Below the pieces are notes generated by a model. The model did no database searches, had not been told where the DNA came from, and saw nothing but the letters and a program-made list of their open reading frames with translations. From an uncultured Candidatus Bathyarchaeia archaeon (GTDB lineage Archaea; Thermoproteota; Bathyarchaeia; 40CM-2-53-6; RBG-13-38-9), in contig CAYZRW010000002.1 in assembly GCA_964480955.1 (NCBI GenBank), forward strand, positions 58,244 through 122,243: a stretch of 64,000 nt of DNA, given 5' to 3'. This document shows positions 58,765 to 64,000 of the stretch, piece after piece. Each line of letters starts with the position of its first letter. Position 1 is the first letter of the stretch. The position numbers and the translations under genes are program-made.

Positions 58765-59627
58765 TCCTTGCTCTGCGCCTTTCTCTTCCTTCTCTGGAGG
58801 TAGTATGCTGGGATCCCGATGATCACTATGAACGGTAGTAGAGAGACTACTAGGACTATCAGTCCACGTGTGACTAGGAAGAGGCCTCTCATCGCAGTCT
58901 CGAAGGTCTCACCCCAATCCATTCCTGGCGGTGTGAATGGCGGCGGAGGTTCTCTAAGGTTGACTGTGATGAGTGACATGGAGACTGACCTCTCAAGATA
59001 GTTTATCTGGCCTTGGAGGCTCTCTATCTCTCCTCGAATTCGGCCTAGCTCCTGCTCAACCTTCAGGATCTCCTCAACGGTCTTTGCCTGAACCAGTATC
59101 TCGACCAGCCGTTGCTCCTGCGACTGAAGATTCTTCAGCCTCGCCTTCAGGTCTATGTAGCGTTCAGTAACATCTTCACTGTTTGTCTGCTCGTCCAGAA
59201 CCTTGCCGTAGGTCTCAATCTCTTTTATTGAGGTGTGAAGCTTGTCCTGTGGAATCCTGATCGTTATCTGTGCTGTAGCCTGGTTGCCGGCGGTTGACCG
59301 TGATGTCCCAGCCACGTATCCGCCGTATCTATCAGCCAGAGACCTGACCCTATCCAGTACCCCCCCAATATCTCCTGTCTCAAGGGAGACGTAGCCGTTA
59401 TAGATCACCATCCTCTCTTGGACTGGCGCCGGCCCAGCCTCTTTCATGACTAGGCCGGGTTCAGACATGACAGTTGGTTTTGGAACGCCTTCATATCTCT
59501 CCTCGAAGCCGTAATGTGTGACGAGGGCGCCGGTAAAGAAAGACGCCGCTAAAACAGCTATCACAGCTATCATGACGACAGCTATCTTCATTCTGAACTT
59601 CATTCCAAACACCTGCAATAACCACAT
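58761..59627 (-). CDS. DUF4349 domain protein (N-terminal TM, coiled-coil core, C-terminal TM)
   Basis: NGYVSLETGDIGGVLDRVRSLADRYGGYV and ITIRIPQDKLHTSIKEIETYGKVLDEQTNSEDVTERYIDLKARLKNL match DUF4349. Confidence 0.6.
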   Translation of the reverse strand: MWLLQVFGMKFRMKIAVVMIAVIAVLAASFFTGALVTHYGFEERYEGVPKPTVMSEPGLVMKEAGPAPVQERMVIYNGYVSLETGDIGGVLDRVRSLADRYGGYVAGTSRSTAGNQATAQITIRIPQDKLHTSIKEIETYGKVLDEQTNSEDVTERYIDLKARLKNLQSQEQRLVEILVQAKTVEEILKVEQELGRIRGEIESLQGQINYLERSVSMSLITVNLREPPPPFTPPGMDWGETFETAMRGLFLVTRGLIVLVVSLLPFIVIIGIPAYYLQRRKRKAQSKE

Positions 59628-60040
59628 CTTGCGCGGAAGCTGATATTAGAAGTTAGGGTTTGGAACGCCCTGTTCAAACATTGGAACATCAGCCAAAGTG
59701 ACTCAAGGGATGCGCTTGGTTGAAGCGCCCGTTTATCTTCCCTATCTTTTCGATCCTCTTAGTTTTTCAACCATCTTTTTTCTGGTCTCTTCATTCAATC
59801 CTCGTCTGCGACATCTCAGACAGCGCTCTTTGACACTCTCCGCGACTGAAGTCGGGAGATTCTCTAGTCTTTCGAGGCTCTTCATGGCTCACACTCGGCT
59901 AGAGTTCTGGGAACTGTCAATAGGCCGCCGCGCGCGCCCATCCTCTAGCGGTATTTCCTGAAGAGATTCACGCCAGCACTCAATATTGCGCTTGGGCTTG
60001 GAGCTTTAAATATTACATCTACGTAATACGTCTACGGTGA

Positions 60041-60250
60041 ATGGTTACGCCAGTAAAGACGACGGTAATACTGAGAGACGAGGTCTACGAATACTTGATC
60101 AGAAAATTCGGGAGACGAAAGATTTCGGAGGCGATTAACCAAGCACTTATGAAAGAACTCTTCAAACCGGCCAAGAGCATGTTTGGCGTGGATGGTTGGC
60201 TCACGACACAGGACCTCAGGGATGAGGAAGAACCACATGAGACTCCTTGA
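60041..60250 (+). CDS. small antitoxin-like protein (ribbon-helix-helix-like) upstream of a PIN gene
   Basis: 69 aa. TTVILRDEVYEYL N-terminal beta-strand/helix pattern. Overlaps the downstream PIN gene by 14 nt. Confidence 0.5.
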   Translation: MVTPVKTTVILRDEVYEYLIRKFGRRKISEAINQALMKELFKPAKSMFGVDGWLTTQDLRDEEEPHETP

Positions 60251-60599
60251 TTCTTTCGCATGGATAGAATACTTCATGGGTTCAGAAAGGGGTGCAAAAG
60301 TAAAGGATTACGTGGAAGGTGACGGGCCTCTATATACGCCTTCAATCTGCTTGACTGAGATCAAATCAAGATACTTGAGGGAGAAGAAAGACCCAACATC
60401 CAGAATAGACCTCATTACTGAAAGAAGCTTTATCATCCCGTTGAACAAAGAGGTGGCCCTCTCGGCCGCAGATATCAAACAAAGACACAATCTTCACACA
60501 ATAGATTCGATAATATACGCTACATCACAGCATAGAGGCTTAGTCCTTGTTACCGGTGACCAACACTTCAGAGACCTACCCAACGTGGAGATAATCTAG
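60237..60599 (+). CDS. vapC: PIN-domain protein (VapC-like)
   Basis: ATG at 60237 gives MRLLDSFAWIEYF..., with the N-terminal Asp motif. The track ORF 60183..60599 includes upstream read-through. Confidence 0.7.
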   Translation: MRLLDSFAWIEYFMGSERGAKVKDYVEGDGPLYTPSICLTEIKSRYLREKKDPTSRIDLITERSFIIPLNKEVALSAADIKQRHNLHTIDSIIYATSQHRGLVLVTGDQHFRDLPNVEII

Positions 60600-60907
60600 C
60601 GCAAATCAATACTACCATTACAAGATGTCAAGTTCCAAATCTATACTGAATGTGATTAAAGCGCATATAATGAGGTTAACCTCCCTATCTGACTTCAGGA
60701 TATTGCGTTCTCTCACTTTGCTAGCAACTCATAACAAGTTGAATGTGAACTGTTCACTGTGACTCCATAGTGACTCCCACGCAGAGAGTATCGAAGACCT
60801 CGCCCAAGTCAGAGACGCCATAAGCTGCCCAGAAAGTGCGATTAATCTTTCAGCTTAAGCGTTAGAACTCTCTCGTGGAAAGAGTTACTTAAGGGAGTGG
60901 AAAAAGG

Positions 60908-61417
60908 TTAGAGAGGTCTGGACGCGGTCGACAGAAATCTCAGTCTGTATACTGTGCCCCCGGTTTCGAGCGGCCCTCTGAGTCCAACAACTGTCTCGCC
61001 ACGCCTTAGTGCAGTCGGTCCTCTAAGATGAAATTCCCCTCCTTGATCCTGACCTCTCATGTCCACGAGTGCGCCTCTAAACCTAGGGCGTGCATGCACT
61101 CTTCCTTCGGCCGAGGTCACAACATATCTTGTTCCATCGATCTCAATTGCTCCCTCTTTCACCGCAAACTTGAACCCGCGTGGTCCCACCTCTGTAACCT
61201 CACATTTCAACTCCAGTGACGCGTGCTCACGACTTACCTCTTCATCTTCCCCGAGTATCGCCACGCCACGTTCAGAGGTAACTGTGAAGGTATCTCCGAC
61301 TTTGATTCGCCTCTCAATGGGTTCAGCTGCTGCAAGAGGAAGTATCATTAAGCCGACTGCAAGTCCGACCAACAAGGCGGCGGCACACGTCTGGATATTC
61401 AACGATTTTCTCATCAT
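60908..61417 (-). CDS. secreted protein, unknown function
   Basis: N-terminal signal peptide AAALLVGLAVGLMILPLAAA. Beta-rich, Arg/Gly-rich C-terminus. Confidence 0.4.
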   Translation of the reverse strand: MMRKSLNIQTCAAALLVGLAVGLMILPLAAAEPIERRIKVGDTFTVTSERGVAILGEDEEVSREHASLELKCEVTEVGPRGFKFAVKEGAIEIDGTRYVVTSAEGRVHARPRFRGALVDMRGQDQGGEFHLRGPTALRRGETVVGLRGPLETGGTVYRLRFLSTASRPL

Positions 61418-61728
61418 ATCTCACCTCGTCTCTGGACAGAGATGCTTGCGACATAAAAGAAAAATGAAACCTTGTTAAAGAACAAAGTTAGTTGTTCGCA
61501 ACAATTGCTTTGGAAGCCCTTCAGATTCATAGATCTCACTTTTGGGTTAAGGAAGAGTGATTACTGGAGACTTTCTTTCATGTTGGTCCAGTCAAGACGT
61601 ATTCCACTAGAAGAAACTAAATGGAGGGTGGCGCGCAAAAAAGACTTAAATCCCCAGTGTACCGGATAAAGACTTTCCCCATCATCTCTGAGACCTACAT
61701 CCATTAGGAAGACCAAAGATCTGAGAAT

Positions 61729-62280
61729 ATGATTGCAGATATCTTGATCCCTTTTATTGTTGTGAGTCTAGCAGAACTAGGTGACAAGACCCAGTTATCG
61801 ATTCTTTTCTTGTCCGCAAAAACTAGGAGGCGTCTTGATTTATTGTCAGGTGTCGTACTCGGCTTCTTGATTGTAGACGGCCTCGCCGTTCTTGCGGGCT
61901 CATGGATTACAGGCTTCATGAAAAGCAGTTTGTTAAGAGTACTTTCAGGAATTATCTTCATAATCTTCGGATTACTGATGCTGAGAAGTGACGGTGAGGA
62001 GAATGAGGGTAAGTTGCGTCTTGAGAATCCGTTTCTCTCAGGATTCCTACTGATTTCCATGACCGAGTGGGGAGATAAGACACAGATCGCCTCAGGACTT
62101 TTCGCAACCGAATATGACGCCTTATCAGTCATGATTGGGACTATGGTATCGTTGACTCTGTTATCAACTGTAGCAGTCTATCTGGGAAAATTCATTTTGA
62201 ACAAGATTAATAGAAGAGTCATTACTAGAATTGGTGGGGTTGTATTCATCTTGATAGGCATATCATTCTTTCTATTCTAG
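61729..62280 (+). CDS. UPF0016 (GDT1/TMEM165/MneA-like) putative Mn2+/Ca2+-H+ antiporter family membrane protein
   Basis: Two copies of the E-x-G-D-K-T motif (ELGDKTQL, EWGDKTQI), one in each half. Confidence 0.8.
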   Translation: MIADILIPFIVVSLAELGDKTQLSILFLSAKTRRRLDLLSGVVLGFLIVDGLAVLAGSWITGFMKSSLLRVLSGIIFIIFGLLMLRSDGEENEGKLRLENPFLSGFLLISMTEWGDKTQIASGLFATEYDALSVMIGTMVSLTLLSTVAVYLGKFILNKINRRVITRIGGVVFILIGISFFLF

Positions 62281-62293
62281 AATAGGGTAAGAG

Positions 62294-63139
62294 ATGACCA
62301 AAATGAAGGAGAAGGGAATCAAGGGAGCGGTGAGGGAGGGTTATGCCAAGATAGCGAAGAAGGGAGGCTCCTGCTGTGCTCCGAGTCCCTGTTGCGACGG
62401 TACTGACTTCTCGGAGGACATCAGTAGGAAGATAGGATACACTGAGGAGGAACTTAGTGCGATTCCAGAGGGCGCAAATCTGGGTCTCGGCTGCGGAAAC
62501 CCCGTCGCCCTCGCATCGCTTAGGGAGGGTGAGACCGTTCTCGATCTCGGTTCAGGCGCCGGGTTCGACTGCTTCCTCGCCGCAAACAAAGTCGGTAAGA
62601 ATGGAAGAGTCATCGGTGTCGATATGACACCTGAGATGATTGAGAAGGCAAAAGAGAATGCAAGGAAAGGCAACTATGATAGTGTAGAGTTCAGGCTAGG
62701 AGAGATTGAGGACCTACCGGTCGCTGACAGTTCTGTCGACGCAGTCATCTCGAACTGTGTGATCAACCTAGTGGTCGACAAAAGAAAAGCCTTCAAGGAA
62801 GCCTTTAGAGTTCTGAAACCAAGCGGAAGACTGCTGGTCTCAGACATAGTCTTGAGGAAGAAACTTCCGGACCCCATAAAGAACTCTGTCGAGGCATACG
62901 TTGGATGTCTCTCCGGAGCAGTCATGAGGGAAGAGTATGTGGAGGCTATAAGAGCAGCGGGATTTCAAGAGGTCAAGATAATCGGCGAGACATCCTTCCC
63001 AATAGAGCTCATGACCAACGACCCAACCGCGGAAGCGGTTATGAGAGACTTAAGAATAATGCCTGACGAATTGAAGGAGGTCGCAAACTCGGTTTTGAGC
63101 ATAAGAATCTACGCAGTCAAACCGACCGAGGCAACCTAA
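62294..63139 (+). CDS. arsM: arsenite S-adenosylmethionine methyltransferase (ArsM-like), with Cys-rich N-terminus
   Basis: SAM motif VLDLGSGAGFD. ArsM-typical Cys contexts LGCGNP, VISNCVINL and VGCLSGA. N-terminal SCCAPSPCC. Confidence 0.75.
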   Translation: MTKMKEKGIKGAVREGYAKIAKKGGSCCAPSPCCDGTDFSEDISRKIGYTEEELSAIPEGANLGLGCGNPVALASLREGETVLDLGSGAGFDCFLAANKVGKNGRVIGVDMTPEMIEKAKENARKGNYDSVEFRLGEIEDLPVADSSVDAVISNCVINLVVDKRKAFKEAFRVLKPSGRLLVSDIVLRKKLPDPIKNSVEAYVGCLSGAVMREEYVEAIRAAGFQEVKIIGETSFPIELMTNDPTAEAVMRDLRIMPDELKEVANSVLSIRIYAVKPTEAT

Positions 63140-63423
63140 GCCTTCGACTCAATCACACCAAGAATAGGGCCGCAAGAAAGATTCTTCTGCACCCGTTTGA
63201 CCCAACACATTTCTCCCACCTAAAGAGGTATGAAGAACGTATCTGGCTTAGAGGCTCAACAGAATCCAGCCGCTGAATAACCCCCTAGGGGCGGGGGGGT
63301 GGTTGCTCTTCTTAAGACAGAATCTGGAAAAGCCGGGGAGGTGAGTGAAACAACTCACACGTTAAACTCAACCCACCATCCCCGTCAGTCTCCCTTTTAT
63401 CAAACGGTGTCCTGTGACTTACG

Positions 63424-63903
63424 GTGAGGGACATCCGCATGGTGAGAAGGATAGTCTCGAAAGTTCCTCCTGAAACATTGCAGAAAGACCTTGAGAGATA
63501 CAGGCAGATGGCCTTGGACCTGGGAGCCTCTGACGCCAAGATAATCCGAGCCAGCCAGGTGATGATAGATGAAAGGGTACTGTTGAAGTGCACCTACCCG
63601 AAATGTAAGTGGTACGGAACGAATATCAACTGTCCCCCTTACTCCGTCGACCCGGCCACGATGAGAAACGCGCGCGCCAGGCTCACTGCAGGACTCCTAC
63701 CACTGGAAACTTCTCAAGCACCTCTGAACTGTGCGGGGCTGACTCAATGGAATCCGTCAGGTCCACACCAGCAATGTGAAGAGCTTGATGACTACCATCT
63801 TTCCAAAGAAAACTGCCAGATACATCGTAAACTTTTCCCTTATATGCCGTATATGCTGGAATTCCATCCTTCCCGTTGTACCGAGCAAGCTCCTCTTTGC
63901 TGA
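63424..63903 (+). CDS. DUF2284-like predicted metal-binding protein. The 3' half is in conflict with the antisense cytochrome b5-like gene.
   Basis: CTYPKCKWYGTNINCPPY matches the DUF2284 C-x4-C-x-WYG-x4-CPP signature in the first about 90 aa. The downstream part overlaps 63683..63913 on the other strand. Confidence 0.35.
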   Translation: MRDIRMVRRIVSKVPPETLQKDLERYRQMALDLGASDAKIIRASQVMIDERVLLKCTYPKCKWYGTNINCPPYSVDPATMRNARARLTAGLLPLETSQAPLNCAGLTQWNPSGPHQQCEELDDYHLSKENCQIHRKLFPYMPYMLEFHPSRCTEQAPLC

Positions 63904-63913
63904 ACACCTTCAT
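63683..63913 (-). CDS. cytochrome b5-like heme/steroid-binding domain protein
   Basis: FSKEELARYNGKDGIPAYTAYKGKVYDVSGSFLWKDGSHQALHIAGVDLT matches the b5-like domain consensus closely. Confidence 0.7.
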   Translation of the reverse strand: MKVFSKEELARYNGKDGIPAYTAYKGKVYDVSGSFLWKDGSHQALHIAGVDLTDSIESAPHSSEVLEKFPVVGVLQ

Positions 63914-64000
63914 TCTTGCAAGCCTCGCATAATTGGTTCACTAAAAAAGAGGGATTTCATATGAATCTCTTTTTCTAATTTGAAGCTACTTCAGGAACTT

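Noticed and set aside
59698-59961. 87-aa + strand ORF in the 412-bp gap upstream of the third VapBC pair
   Set aside because: Low-complexity (Ser/Leu/Arg-rich) with no motif. The gap more likely holds promoter or untranslated sequence.
1-64000. Searched for CRISPR arrays, rRNA, tRNA, IS elements, integrases
   Set aside because: No regularly spaced direct repeats, no rRNA-like conserved stretches, no convincing cloverleaf, and no transposase or integrase-like ORF were seen. An absence by eye is not proof.

Overview
The window reads as an archaeal chromosome segment. Supporting features are GatCAB plus non-discriminating-type AspRS, GGPP synthase with UbiA prenyltransferases, archaeal-type SHMT, frequent TTG/GTG starts, and 1-4 nt start/stop overlaps. 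Overall GC is roughly 48 percent. It is densely coding on both strands. No rRNA, tRNA, CRISPR array, transposase or integrase could be recognised by eye.

Housekeeping content:
- A 3' partial NSUN/PUA RNA m5C methyltransferase, then moaE and an OB-fold SSB-like protein.
- The aspS-gatC-gatA-gatB operon.
- uvrC, glyA and a ThiI-like PP-loop enzyme.

Most coherent functional block, 6.8-20.3 kb:
- A System I cytochrome c maturation operon, ccmABC, a ccmD-like mini-ORF that is below the ORF-track size cutoff, and a CxxxY-type ccmE.
- A B12-binding radical SAM gene next to isoprenoid lipid genes, a UbiA-family prenyltransferase and GGPP synthase.
- A membrane-bound uptake [NiFe] hydrogenase operon. 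It has a Tat small subunit, large subunit, Isp1-like cytochrome b, Isp2/HdrD-like CCG Fe-S protein and a CtaB-like prenyltransferase. A pentaheme NapC/NirT-like cytochrome c and the hydrogenase maturation protease lie divergently.

The rest of the window looks accessory:
- A loose run of NAD/ADP-ribose-related hydrolases: isochorismatase-family, HprK-like P-loop, metallophosphoesterase and macro domain.
- An AT-rich low-density patch with an AT-hook protein.
- A CARDB-repeat surface protein with an ABC-2 exporter.
- A QueT-like transporter, plus a degenerate QueT C-terminal gene fragment about 1 kb downstream.
- A GC-rich (about 60 percent) ICMT-family methyltransferase island.
- Divergent DUF72 paralogs.
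- Three VapBC-type (PIN + AbrB or RHH) toxin-antitoxin pairs.
- Two paralogous about 45-codon small ORFs flanking a PNPOx-like gene. Their substitutions are mostly synonymous.
- A DUF92/CdsA-like polyprenol kinase gene pair.
- A UPF0016-ArsM-DUF2284/cytochrome b5 cluster.

I could not prove any single novel system. The best candidates for follow-up are the small-ORF/PNPOx module, the hydrogenase plus multiheme-c plus Ccm respiratory module, the prenol kinase pair, and the structured GC-rich intergenic element at 27.3 kb.
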